Part shown: piece after piece, positions 1 through 8,781 of the stretch
How the letters are laid out: every line of letters starts with the position of its first letter
Position numbering within the stretch: the first letter of the stretch is position 1
DNA from: Patescibacteria group bacterium
Lineage (GTDB): Bacteria; Patescibacteriota; Microgenomatia; UBA10105; UBA927
NCBI GenBank assembly: GCA_035510735.1
Contig: DATKGN010000013.1
Span: 192,596 to 256,595 of the forward strand
Reading direction: 5' to 3'
DNA length: 64,000 bases
Program-made: the position numbers and the translations under genes
Notes under the pieces: model-generated
The model's database searches: none
Seen by the model: only the letters and a program-made list of their open reading frames with translations
What the model was told of the DNA's origin: nothing

Positions 1-475
1 GAGCAATCGCGACCCGTTGAATTTGTCCGCCTGAAAGCTGATTTGACAGATTGTGTGCTTTATCTTTTAGATGAACCATCTCAAGCATATCCAATGCCCG
101 TCCTTCCCGATCAGCTATGGGAACATTTCCGTACATCATCGGACGCTCGACATTTTTTAGTACGGTTGTTCGAGCTAAAAGATTAAACGATTGAAAAACA
201 AATCCAATACGTTTGTTGCGAATTTTAGCTAATTGATTTGCGGTATATTTGCTGATTTCGGTTCCATCCAGGTAGTATTGTCCGGACGTGGGGGAATCCA
301 GTGCTCCCATAATATGCATGGCAGTAGACTTGCCGGATCCGGAAGGTCCCATGATTGCCACAAACTCACCCTCAAAGATCTCAATGGTAATCCCTTTAAG
401 CGCTTGATAATCAGAATCACCTAAATGATATGATTTGATTATATTTTTCAAATGAATGACTGGTTCTCTCTTCAT
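1..475 (-). CDS. ABC transporter ATP-binding protein, MacB/LolD-like (3' part runs off the window start)
   Basis: Not in the ORF track. Manual translation from ATG at 475: MKREPVIHLKNIIKSYHLG...GEFVAIMGPSGSGKST (Walker A)...IGFVFQSFNLL...QLSGGQIQRVAIA (ABC signature). Confidence 0.92.
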   Translation of the reverse strand, partial: MKREPVIHLKNIIKSYHLGDSDYQALKGITIEIFEGEFVAIMGPSGSGKSTAMHIMGALDSPTSGQYYLDGTEISKYTANQLAKIRNKRIGFVFQSFNLLARTTVLKNVERPMMYGNVPIADREGRALDMLEMVHLKDKAHNLSNQLSGGQIQRVAIA

Positions 476-493
476 ATTTCATATTCAAATCTA

Positions 494-1789
494 TTATCCC
501 GGCGGTCCACCCATCAACCCTCCTTTGCTTTGAGAGCTGGTAGACGTTGATGATGTTGATGTTCCGGTTACCACCTCCATGCCTTCAGCTACACCCTCCA
601 AGATTTCGGTTTCATTGGTACCCTTAATACCCGTTTTTACCTGGACATATTTGAGTTGATTCCCAGGCTTACTTGTATCTCGTACCTGCACAGCTTTACC
701 ACCTTTGTACGGCTTAACCGCACTATTGGGCACCACGAGTGCATTTTCGTGTTTCGTCGTTTCAATGGTGACAACGGCACTCATCTGAGGCTTAATTTGA
801 TTCTCAGAATCCGCAATTTTGACGTAAACATTGTATGTTATCACCCCAGAGGTATCCGTACCGTAATTATCAACCCGAGTTACCTCCCCGCTCAATGTCT
901 TGTCTTTTATTGCGTTAAGTGTAATTGTCGCTTTTTGTCCAACCTTTATTTTATTAATATCTACTTCGTTTATCTGAATTTTCACAATATTTTCCGAAGC
1001 TGTTCCTATAACGAGTACCGGAGAAGCGGATGTATTGGTATTTGAGCCACTGGTATTCATTGCAGCTGTCACTTGATCACCGACACTGTATGATACATTC
1101 GAAATTGTCCCGCCCACCTGTGCAGTAATCACTATATCTTGTGTTGCTTGATAACTTAGCCAAGAACTATTAAGAGCAGCTTGCGCTTGATTAACCGCCG
1201 TTTGTTGATCTTTATATTTGGATTCATCTGCCAACCAATTTTCCTGTGATGTAATAAATGCCGCACTTTCTCTGTTCGTTGAATTAGGTGAACCATCTCC
1301 ATTGGTATACGTAGAATTCGTTGATAAATTATAAAATGTGTCCCAGGCCGTATACATCTGAGATCGCAGTGAGTGAGCGGTAGACTGAGCGGAATTTAAA
1401 TTTTCCTGAGCAGAAAGATAATTTGCATACGCACTGGCTTTATCTTGATCCGATGCCGTTGATTTAACTTTAAAAAGATTATCACCTTTATTAACTAATT
1501 GACCGTTTTCTACATAAAGATCCTCAATAACCCCGCTGGAGACAGAGTACACTGTTAATTGATTGGATTGCACATTTCCGCTTTCGCTAACAGTATCGAC
1601 AACGGTTGCTCTTTTAACGGTGTCAGTGGTTACTTGCCCTTGTTGTTTGCCTGATAAAAGTGGTACAGAAACTAACAGTACGACGGCTCCTGCAGCGATA
1701 ACAGTAAGAATCTTTTTCTTTAAAGATGCATTTTGAAACCATTTTAGAAAACCCGTAAGTTTACTAAAAACAGACCTAAATATCTTCAT
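494..1789 (-). CDS. Efflux periplasmic adaptor (MacA/HlyD-type membrane fusion protein)
   Basis: N-terminal TM, lipoyl-like half-motifs (SGVIEDLYVENGQLVNKGD; ITAQVGGTI), coiled coil, INEVDINKIKVGQ; upstream of a MacB-like ATPase. Confidence 0.88.
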   Translation of the reverse strand: MKIFRSVFSKLTGFLKWFQNASLKKKILTVIAAGAVVLLVSVPLLSGKQQGQVTTDTVKRATVVDTVSESGNVQSNQLTVYSVSSGVIEDLYVENGQLVNKGDNLFKVKSTASDQDKASAYANYLSAQENLNSAQSTAHSLRSQMYTAWDTFYNLSTNSTYTNGDGSPNSTNRESAAFITSQENWLADESKYKDQQTAVNQAQAALNSSWLSYQATQDIVITAQVGGTISNVSYSVGDQVTAAMNTSGSNTNTSASPVLVIGTASENIVKIQINEVDINKIKVGQKATITLNAIKDKTLSGEVTRVDNYGTDTSGVITYNVYVKIADSENQIKPQMSAVVTIETTKHENALVVPNSAVKPYKGGKAVQVRDTSKPGNQLKYVQVKTGIKGTNETEILEGVAEGMEVVTGTSTSSTSTSSQSKGGLMGGPPG

Positions 1790-1813
1790 ATAAGTTCAGT
1801 TTATACTGTGGCG

Positions 1814-1829
1814 CTTAAAAGTGACTTAA
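1814..1829 (-). promoter_or_regulatory. OmpR-family tandem box CTTAA-N6-CTTAA upstream of the efflux operon (second copy CTTAA-N6-CTGAA at 1889-1904)
   Basis: 11-bp-period direct repeat 8 bp upstream of a TATAAA -10; the same box occurs upstream of the response regulator. Confidence 0.6.
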
Positions 1830-1928
1830 AATAGAAAATCACTCTTGCATATATATTTATAGTACATCTTTAGCGTATGAATTGGGCGCTTAAAGATCGC
1901 TGAAAATTACTGTATATAGTAATTTATC

Positions 1929-2942
1929 TTAGGCGGCAGAAAGTGGAAGTTGGATTGTAAAGGTCGTGCCGCTGCCAATTTTGCTCTCAACGGAGATAGA
2001 GCCCTTGTGGGACTGGACAATTTCCTTAGCGATCGAAAGTCCTAGACCATACCCAACTGTTTTTGAACGAGATTTATCAGCTTGGTAGAAACGGTCAAAA
2101 ATACGTAAACGATCTTTTTCGGTTATTCCTACCCCTTGATCGGAAACAGTAATCAATACATGGTGATCGGTTTTCTTCGAAGCTAATTTTACTGCTGAAT
2201 GATCAGGGCTATATTTAACGGCATTATCCAATAAAATTACAAAGAGTTCTACAAGGCTTTGTTCCTCACCTCGTAATATATAATCATCAACTACGTTGTT
2301 AATAACAATGTGCTTTTGTTTTGCGAGTGGTACAATTTTTTTCAAAGCAGCTTCCGTAACCTCCAGAAGTGAAACATCTTTCAGTTTTAAGTTCCCGCGT
2401 TTTTTTTGCTGCTTTGTAAGCTCTAATAGATTTTCAGCAAGTCCCTGAAGATTAATTATCTCCTCATAGCTACTTTTTATGAGCTTTTCAGACTCTTCTG
2501 TAGAAATATTTTTTTCAAGCATGGCTACTTCAAATTCTGTGCGAATTGCCGTAATAGGAGTTTTCAACTCGTGCGAAGCGTCAGTAATGAATCTACTTTG
2601 TTCATCCATCATTTCTTTAATCGGACGAAGTGTCCTTCCAGCTAATATATATCCAGCTCCTCCTGATACGCAAAGCACAACACCATTTACTATTATCAAA
2701 ATAAAAAGGATCCTATTTTTTACTGACTCTGGATCAACAGGTGGCGGAAGTGGCATAGGTGTATTTACAGGTGGACTGATTCGAACACTATTTTGTATAT
2801 TAAATTGTTGAAATTCAGACATACGGTCAAGCTGTGTGGCTATGCCCAAATAAATTACTACGCTGAATATTAGAGTAATTATTATGCTAATAATTACATA
2901 CCATGCAGTTAATTTTAGTCTAGTAGAATGGAATGTATTCAT
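1929..2942 (-). CDS. Sensor histidine kinase
   Basis: Two TMs, H-box DASHELKTP, N-box LLDNAVKYS, G boxes DQGVGI and GYGLGLSI. Confidence 0.96.
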   Translation of the reverse strand: MNTFHSTRLKLTAWYVIISIIITLIFSVVIYLGIATQLDRMSEFQQFNIQNSVRISPPVNTPMPLPPPVDPESVKNRILFILIIVNGVVLCVSGGAGYILAGRTLRPIKEMMDEQSRFITDASHELKTPITAIRTEFEVAMLEKNISTEESEKLIKSSYEEIINLQGLAENLLELTKQQKKRGNLKLKDVSLLEVTEAALKKIVPLAKQKHIVINNVVDDYILRGEEQSLVELFVILLDNAVKYSPDHSAVKLASKKTDHHVLITVSDQGVGITEKDRLRIFDRFYQADKSRSKTVGYGLGLSIAKEIVQSHKGSISVESKIGSGTTFTIQLPLSAA

Positions 2943-2944
2943 AC

Positions 2945-3625
2945 TTATTCTTCTTCCGATAGTCTATAACCACTAAATCCTTTGACGGTATGAATCAGAT
3001 GATTTTTTGGAAAAGGGTCGTCTATCTTCGCTCTCAGATGTCTAATGTAGACCTCTACCGAATTAGGGAGCACATCAGCGTCGTAATCCCACACATGGTG
3101 AATAATTTGTTCTTTCGTAAGAGTCTGATTTTTGTGGTGCATTAGATACTCAAGAAGAGAGTATTCTTTATTTGAAAGTCGAATTTTTTGACCTGCTCGT
3201 TTTACCTCATAATTCGTAGTATCGAGAGTTAGATCAGCAATTGTTAAGATTGTGCCAGCAGAGCTTTGAGGACGGCGGGTCAATGCTTTGATTCGTACCA
3301 ATAGTTCAGCAAAAGCGAATGGTTTTGTTAAATAGTCATCCGCTCCAGAATTGAATCCAAGTACTTTGTCTTCAATTTGACTTTTCGCAGTTAGCATCAA
3401 AATAGGGGTATGAATATTATTCTCTCGAAGCTTTTTGCAAATTTCAATACCATCCACTCCGGGCAACATGACGTCTAAAATGATGACATCATATTCCTCT
3501 GTAACTGCCATATCGTAGCCTTCGTTTCCGTTGTAAATTACATCGACAGCGTATGATTCGTGCTCCAAGCCTTGTTTAACCGCGTTGGCAATTTTATGTT
3601 CATCCTCTATAACCAGAATTCTCAT
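2945..3625 (-). CDS. OmpR/PhoB-family response regulator
   Basis: MRILVIEDE, phospho-acceptor LDVMLPG, GADDYLTKPF, C-terminal winged helix. Confidence 0.97.
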   Translation of the reverse strand: MRILVIEDEHKIANAVKQGLEHESYAVDVIYNGNEGYDMAVTEEYDVIILDVMLPGVDGIEICKKLRENNIHTPILMLTAKSQIEDKVLGFNSGADDYLTKPFAFAELLVRIKALTRRPQSSAGTILTIADLTLDTTNYEVKRAGQKIRLSNKEYSLLEYLMHHKNQTLTKEQIIHHVWDYDADVLPNSVEVYIRHLRAKIDDPFPKNHLIHTVKGFSGYRLSEEE

Positions 3626-3632
3626 ATTATCT

Positions 3633-3663
3633 ATTATATAAATTTCGCTTAAAAGTAGCTTAA
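3633..3663 (-). promoter_or_regulatory. Leaderless promoter (TATAAT 3633-3638) with CTTAA-N6-CTTAA box (3648-3663), probably autoregulatory
   Basis: TATAAT 7 nt before the ATG; box geometry nearly identical to 1814-1829. Confidence 0.6.
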
Positions 3664-3804
3664 ATTAAGCTAGGCAAACATACTACGCTCATGAGACACT
3701 TCCTTTTATACTGTCTCATTTGTCTCATTTAGCCTCGGGGTGATACACTATAGGAGTTAAGTTATAACGATCGTAAGGACCGTGACCGGTACGCTCAAGC
3801 CAAT

Positions 3805-4260
3805 ATGGATACTCAAATTAAAAAAACGACTGACACTGTAGCTGCATTAAATATTGCCAAGAAAAACCCCCACTACTTTAATCCCTATGGTCTAAAAGCA
3901 ATGGAGAAAGATTTCAAAACAGGATTTCTAATAGGCGCCTACCATGAAAATATAATGGTAGGATTTGTCGCATTCAAGGAATTAAATGATCAAACTGTCG
4001 AACTTAAGTGGCTGGCAATAGAACCAAAATATCAAAATCAGGGCACAGGAACGCTTCTTGTAAACGAGGGCGTTACATTACTTCCAAAGAAATATGCTAT
4101 ATGCGAGATGAAAACATTGTCAGAAATTGATCCTGACCTGCAATATGCTAGAACGAGAAAATTTTATAAAAAGCTAGAATTTATACCACTCGAAACAATA
4201 AGCCCATATCCTGATTGGGGAAAAGATAATCCTTGTCAAATATTTGTGAAGGTTTTATAG
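3805..4260 (+). CDS. GNAT-family N-acetyltransferase
   Basis: WLAIEPKYQNQGTGTLL (motif A), RKFYKKLEF. Confidence 0.88.
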   Translation: MDTQIKKTTDTVAALNIAKKNPHYFNPYGLKAMEKDFKTGFLIGAYHENIMVGFVAFKELNDQTVELKWLAIEPKYQNQGTGTLLVNEGVTLLPKKYAICEMKTLSEIDPDLQYARTRKFYKKLEFIPLETISPYPDWGKDNPCQIFVKVL

Positions 4261-4333
4261 GATTAAACGCTTCTGGACCGGCGCGCTCAGCAAAATATGT
4301 CAAAAATTACCAGTCTGGGTCATTCGGATACTA

Positions 4334-5005
4334 TTATTCCTCATTGTGTTCAAACAGAGTATCGGTTCCTAACTTTCTTGCCGTAACGAGTATATAATCT
4401 ATGCTAGGTGTATCTATCCATTCTTCCGCTTGTAATCTCCTTTGACTAAATGCCTGCGCAAGACTTTCTTTTGATGGGACTAAATCTTCCTTAAATTCTT
4501 CGCGCTCCCTGTGTTTTTTGTTTAATGCCTCGCGGGATAAATCATGTGCGATGATTAACCTGCCATTAGGTTTTAAAACGCGGGATATCTCACCTATTAA
4601 TCCGGGTATATCACTTTTAAAGTGCGGTAAAGCATTAAATATGATAACGGTATCATATGCATTGCCAGGAAGACCGGTTTCCTGAGCATCCGCCACTACA
4701 AATTTTACTTGATCAGCCATTCCTAACTCATCGGCTTTTGCTTTGGCTCCCGCAAGCATAACCGGAGACACGTCCAGTTCTGTCACAAAACCGATTCTCC
4801 CATTCTGCGCGAACGTCAGGAGGGTTCCTTTACCGCACGCAAGATCTAAAATTATCGCTCCGGGAGTAAAAACATTATGTTGTTCAAATATAGCAGTGAG
4901 ACGCTGTCTTTCAGCATCCCCCGTGAGAGGATTATCCCACGCATTTGTGTATCGTTGACCTACTCTATTCCACGTTTTTTCTGCTTCTACAGCTTCTGGT
5001 CTCAT
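4334..5005 (-). CDS. Class I SAM-dependent methyltransferase
   Basis: ILDLACGKG, ELDVSPVML, ADAQ, SRVLKPNGRLII. Confidence 0.92.
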   Translation of the reverse strand: MRPEAVEAEKTWNRVGQRYTNAWDNPLTGDAERQRLTAIFEQHNVFTPGAIILDLACGKGTLLTFAQNGRIGFVTELDVSPVMLAGAKAKADELGMADQVKFVVADAQETGLPGNAYDTVIIFNALPHFKSDIPGLIGEISRVLKPNGRLIIAHDLSREALNKKHREREEFKEDLVPSKESLAQAFSQRRLQAEEWIDTPSIDYILVTARKLGTDTLFEHNEE

Positions 5006-5163
5006 ACCTCAATTATAGCATTCTAATGCTCCAAGCATACAATAACAGATATATAGGCAATAATATTTCTCAAGAGATTTTCACCTGTCTCACTTCACTT
5101 CGCTCAGTGTAAATATTTAGATTAGGTGGTGCTACTGAAGAATGAGTCAAAACGCTTCCTTCT

Positions 5164-5829
5164 TTAGTGCCAGTCGATGGGGGTCATACCATTCTTTACA
5201 AGGTATGCGTTACACCGTGAAAAGTGATGGTTTCCGTAAAAATATGTCACGGAATACGGAGACGGGTGAGCAGAAGTTAACACTAAGTTTTTTTCCCTAT
5301 CAATGACTACTCCTTTATTCTGTGCATACCGTCCCCACAACATGTAAACCACGTGTTCACGGTTAGCGTTCAGTGTTTGGATAGTGGCATCGGTAAATGC
5401 TTCCCATCCAATGCCTGCGTGTGACGCCGGGCTTCCCGCCAAAACAGTAAGTACGCTGTTGAGCATGAGAACTCCCTGACCGGCCCAACGGGAAAGATCG
5501 CCGGAGGGAAGGGGCGTAATCTTCAAATCATTTTGAATTTCTTTATAGATATTTTGAAGTGACGGAGGAAGATCGATTCCCTTATTCACAGAAAAAGATA
5601 ACCCGTTTGCCTGATTTTTTCCATGATAGGGGTCCTGCCCGATGATGACCACTTTCACTTTATCAAGGGGCGTGAGATCAAATGCGCGGAAAATATTTCC
5701 GGGAGCTGGATAAACGGTTGTTTTTGTATATTGTTTCTTGACGGCCGTTGTTAATGATTTCCAATACGGTTTATCAAATTCAATCGCGAGTGCCTTTTTC
5801 CATGTGGGATGAATCTTTACGTCGGTCAT
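5164..5829 (-). CDS. ung: Uracil-DNA glycosylase (family 1)
   Basis: GQDPYH, PPSLQNI, HPSP, terminal PIDW. Confidence 0.98.
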   Translation of the reverse strand: MTDVKIHPTWKKALAIEFDKPYWKSLTTAVKKQYTKTTVYPAPGNIFRAFDLTPLDKVKVVIIGQDPYHGKNQANGLSFSVNKGIDLPPSLQNIYKEIQNDLKITPLPSGDLSRWAGQGVLMLNSVLTVLAGSPASHAGIGWEAFTDATIQTLNANREHVVYMLWGRYAQNKGVVIDREKNLVLTSAHPSPYSVTYFYGNHHFSRCNAYLVKNGMTPIDWH

Positions 5830-5908
5830 AAGAGAGTATTATACGCAAAATACCCCTTACACAACACTGAGGAAAAACATCATACCCCAGTCTTGAAGCA
5901 TTTTACAC

Positions 5909-6127
5909 TTACATGTGGAGCATTCCTAAAACCCGGTATATAAGAAGGGCAGGCCAGACGATGGCACGCAAAACCGCCATGACTCCTCCACCGAATGTCG
6001 TGACATGCTGGAAATAATATACAGCCGATCCTATGAGTCCCAATCCGTACACCGCGCCGCCGCCAGCGTTGGCGCCATGATGATGACATTCGCATTTTTC
6101 ATTTTTCATAAAATTATCTCCCTTCAT
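5909..6127 (-). CDS. Small membrane protein
   Basis: CECHHH N-terminus followed by two hydrophobic segments; the start may be the second Met (GGAG Shine-Dalgarno upstream). Confidence 0.65.
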   Translation of the reverse strand: MKGDNFMKNEKCECHHHGANAGGGAVYGLGLIGSAVYYFQHVTTFGGGVMAVLRAIVWPALLIYRVLGMLHM

Positions 6128-6197
6128 AATTTTTCCACATCTGAAGGTTTAATGCTGTAATTTGTCATACGTGCTAATTTGATATAATTCCATCATA

Positions 6198-7277
6198 TTG
6201 AAAAAATACTCAGTGCTGGTAATCCTCGTTTTAGTCATTATCTTTTTGTGGCTGATAGTTGGCTTGCGGAAAAACCAAAGCTTTACTAACGGCATTTTGC
6301 CTATACAATTTCAAGCAAAAACCGATTCCACTAAACCGACTCCCACACCAATACCTGCGTACGACCTGACCATCCCGTATTTGCGGTCACGGACATATAC
6401 AAGCAGCTTGGGAAGCCTCCAAAAGGTAAATGAATACGGGTCGTATACTTCATACGTGACGAGCTATACGTCTGACGGACTTAAGATCAATGGTTTACTT
6501 ACCAAGCCAAGCGGCATCGAACCCCCCGGCGGATGGCCGGGGATTGTTTTTGTCCACGGATACATCCCTCCGAAAACATATGAGACACTGGGACAACCAT
6601 ATTCCGCTTACGTCGATTATCTCGCCAAAAGCGGATTTGTCGTTTTTAAAATTGACCTCCGGGGCCATGGGGATTCACAGGGAGAAGCCCGGGGCGGATA
6701 TTACTCTTCGGATTATGTGATTGACACATTAAACGCGTATGCAGCACTTGCAACTGCAGATTTCGTAAACTCCAAGAAGATCGGAATGTGGGGACACAGC
6801 ATGGCCGGCAATACATTACTTCGGGCTTTTGTCGTCCGCCCCACCATCCCGGCTGTCGTGATTTGGGCAGGGGCAGGATACACCTATGTCGATCTTTCGC
6901 AGTATGGCCTCCATGACGCCAGCTATCAGCCGCTGCCGCGCCCCACCGGCGCATCAGGATCTGCGCAACAAAGGAATACTAATCAGGCAAGACAGATTTA
7001 CGGTGATCCGAGAAACGGTAACCCGTTTTGGAAATTGGTGGCAGCGACGAATTATCTCAATGATTTGAAAGGGGCAATCCAGCTTGATCAGGCAACGGAT
7101 GACCAAACAGTCAGTATCGAATATAGCCGGAATTTAAACATGCTATTAAACGCTACTTCAGTTGTGCATGAGTTTAATGAATTCCCAAGCGGCGGCCACA
7201 ACATATCCGGCGTCAATTTCACGGAAGCAATGAATAAAACCGTCGGGTTCTTTGACACATATCTAAAAGGAAAATAA
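6198..7277 (+). CDS. Secreted alpha/beta hydrolase (S9 peptidase-like)
   Basis: N-terminal TM, VHGY, DLRGHGDS, nucleophile elbow GHSMAG, DDQTV, GGHN. Confidence 0.88.
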   Translation: MKKYSVLVILVLVIIFLWLIVGLRKNQSFTNGILPIQFQAKTDSTKPTPTPIPAYDLTIPYLRSRTYTSSLGSLQKVNEYGSYTSYVTSYTSDGLKINGLLTKPSGIEPPGGWPGIVFVHGYIPPKTYETLGQPYSAYVDYLAKSGFVVFKIDLRGHGDSQGEARGGYYSSDYVIDTLNAYAALATADFVNSKKIGMWGHSMAGNTLLRAFVVRPTIPAVVIWAGAGYTYVDLSQYGLHDASYQPLPRPTGASGSAQQRNTNQARQIYGDPRNGNPFWKLVAATNYLNDLKGAIQLDQATDDQTVSIEYSRNLNMLLNATSVVHEFNEFPSGGHNISGVNFTEAMNKTVGFFDTYLKGK

Positions 7278-7357
7278 GATTTCCGATCGATCATCCCAAG
7301 TCGTCATCCGGAGGTTAGACTTTATCTTTCAAGCAAGAAAGTGATGGTTCCCTCGAC

Positions 7358-7414
7358 TCACGCTTGGGATTTCGCTTCCAAAATGAGTAGACGCTCAAAT
7401 TGCCAATCATGCTG
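7358..7414 (-). repeat. Relic copy of the 3' end of the 7805-8311 gene
   Basis: About 81% identity (43/53, manual alignment) to 7851-7902; translates QHDWQFERLLIL versus live ERDRQFERLLAL. Confidence 0.8.
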
Positions 7415-7508
7415 ACAGGCATGGTGCAAACCAACAGGATAAATCTTATATAAATAACTCTAGGCTTGTTAAATATTGCAATATAGCGTACACTTGTATT
7501 TGCTAGGT

Positions 7509-7799
7509 ATGGAGAATAAAAAAGTCCTAATGGTTATCGGCGGTTTACTTCTTCTTGGAGTTGTTGCCTACGTAGCTTTCTTCTCAGGCAAGCAACAAGC
7601 AATACAAACCCAGGTTCAACCAGCTATGCAAGCCTCACCATCGACAACGTTGACAGAAACGCTAACACCTACGTTAACTTCAACACCAACCCCTACCTTG
7701 ACGTTAACGCCAACACCTACCACAACAAATAGTCCAACCCCCACACCAACAACCATGTCTTCTCCCACTCCCTCCTCGACACCTACCCCGACTCCTTAA
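7509..7799 (+). CDS. Membrane-anchored Pro/Thr-rich protein
   Basis: Single N-terminal TM then TPT repeats; ATG at 7509 preferred over the track start 7476. Confidence 0.75.
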   Translation: MENKKVLMVIGGLLLLGVVAYVAFFSGKQQAIQTQVQPAMQASPSTTLTETLTPTLTSTPTPTLTLTPTPTTTNSPTPTPTTMSSPTPSSTPTPTP

Positions 7800-7804
7800 A
7801 TAAT

Positions 7805-8311
7805 TTAAGTTATTTTTCCTAATTTGAACAAACGGTTATTCCACTCGCTTCGCTCGGGATTTCGCTTCAAAGCCAGTAGTCGCTCAAATTGTCTATCGCG
7901 CTCTTTGGCAGCCGCCGCTTCGGCATTCGTTGGGTTAGCGCGGAAAACTGCCTGCTGTGCGTAAATCGCAGAACCATACGCATGTCTCGGCACGTGGACA
8001 GTCGCAACAGCCTGACCGCATGCGCGGGCAGCGGATCTGGCCGGGCTATCCTCTCCCACATCACGGGCCGCGGCGTGCGAATCAAGCGACACCTTCCGAA
8101 TAACAGCCATCTTAAAGATTCCGTCACCTATCCATTTTTGAAGCGTTTCAATTGCCTTTCGGGGCCGATCATCATCGGGATATTTGTCTTCGAAGAATGG
8201 GAGAACGTGCTGGGCGCACTCAATTGCCCACTTGGCTAATACCTTGTGGTCTGTCTTTCCCACAAGCTCTAGCATTTCAGGATCTTTGTGTGTGATTACA
8301 AATTTTTTCAC
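7805..8311 (-). CDS. Putative immunity-protein-like (Imm5-like) helical protein
   Basis: LAKWAIECAQHVLPFFE..PDDDRPRKAI, AARACGQAVATVHV pattern typical of this family. Confidence 0.72.
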   Translation of the reverse strand: MKKFVITHKDPEMLELVGKTDHKVLAKWAIECAQHVLPFFEDKYPDDDRPRKAIETLQKWIGDGIFKMAVIRKVSLDSHAAARDVGEDSPARSAARACGQAVATVHVPRHAYGSAIYAQQAVFRANPTNAEAAAAKERDRQFERLLALKRNPERSEWNNRLFKLGKIT

Positions 8312-8616
8312 AGAAACTTATCTGCAAAAAGGCGGATTTCCTTGAGGATTGGGAGTATACCTGTGCCTTTCGGCGTCAATGAATACACGACTGATAATTT
8401 ATCCACCGTTTCTTCTTCCCGTTTGATAATCCCCTGCTTTTCAAGTCTTTTCAATCTACTGGTTAGCGTGGTCGGATTAACCCTGGAAATATCACGCTGG
8501 AGTTGGGCGAACCGTTTGTCTCCATCATGCAGCGCCTGAATGATCGCAAGCGTCCAGAAATCTCCAAGCATCTTGAGCTCCTTGTTAGAACATTTGTTGT
8601 GAACTTTGTTTGGCAT
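8308..8616 (-). CDS. HxlR-family transcriptional regulator
   Basis: LGDFWTLAII, RFAQLQRDI, LTSRLKRLE, YSLTPKG; divergent from a redox operon. Confidence 0.92.
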   Translation of the reverse strand: MPNKVHNKCSNKELKMLGDFWTLAIIQALHDGDKRFAQLQRDISRVNPTTLTSRLKRLEKQGIIKREEETVDKLSVVYSLTPKGTGILPILKEIRLFADKFL

Positions 8617-8701
8617 ATTGACAGTACTATAAATATTGTAGTACTATAATTTATGTAGCAGTATATTACTACAGAAACGATTATAAAGTAAAGGCGTTTC
8701 T

Positions 8702-8772
8702 GAGTATAGACCCATCTAATCACATTTTTCGTCGAGGCGACTCCAAATCTGAGTAAGATGGGATCTATATAC
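8702..8772. repeat. Dispersed hairpin element (MITE-like), copy 1
   Basis: Imperfect inverted repeat TATAGACCCATCTAATCACATTT...AAATCTGAGTAAGATGGGATCTATA; second copy at 25203-25296. Confidence 0.75.
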
Positions 8773-8781
8773 CAAAACATT

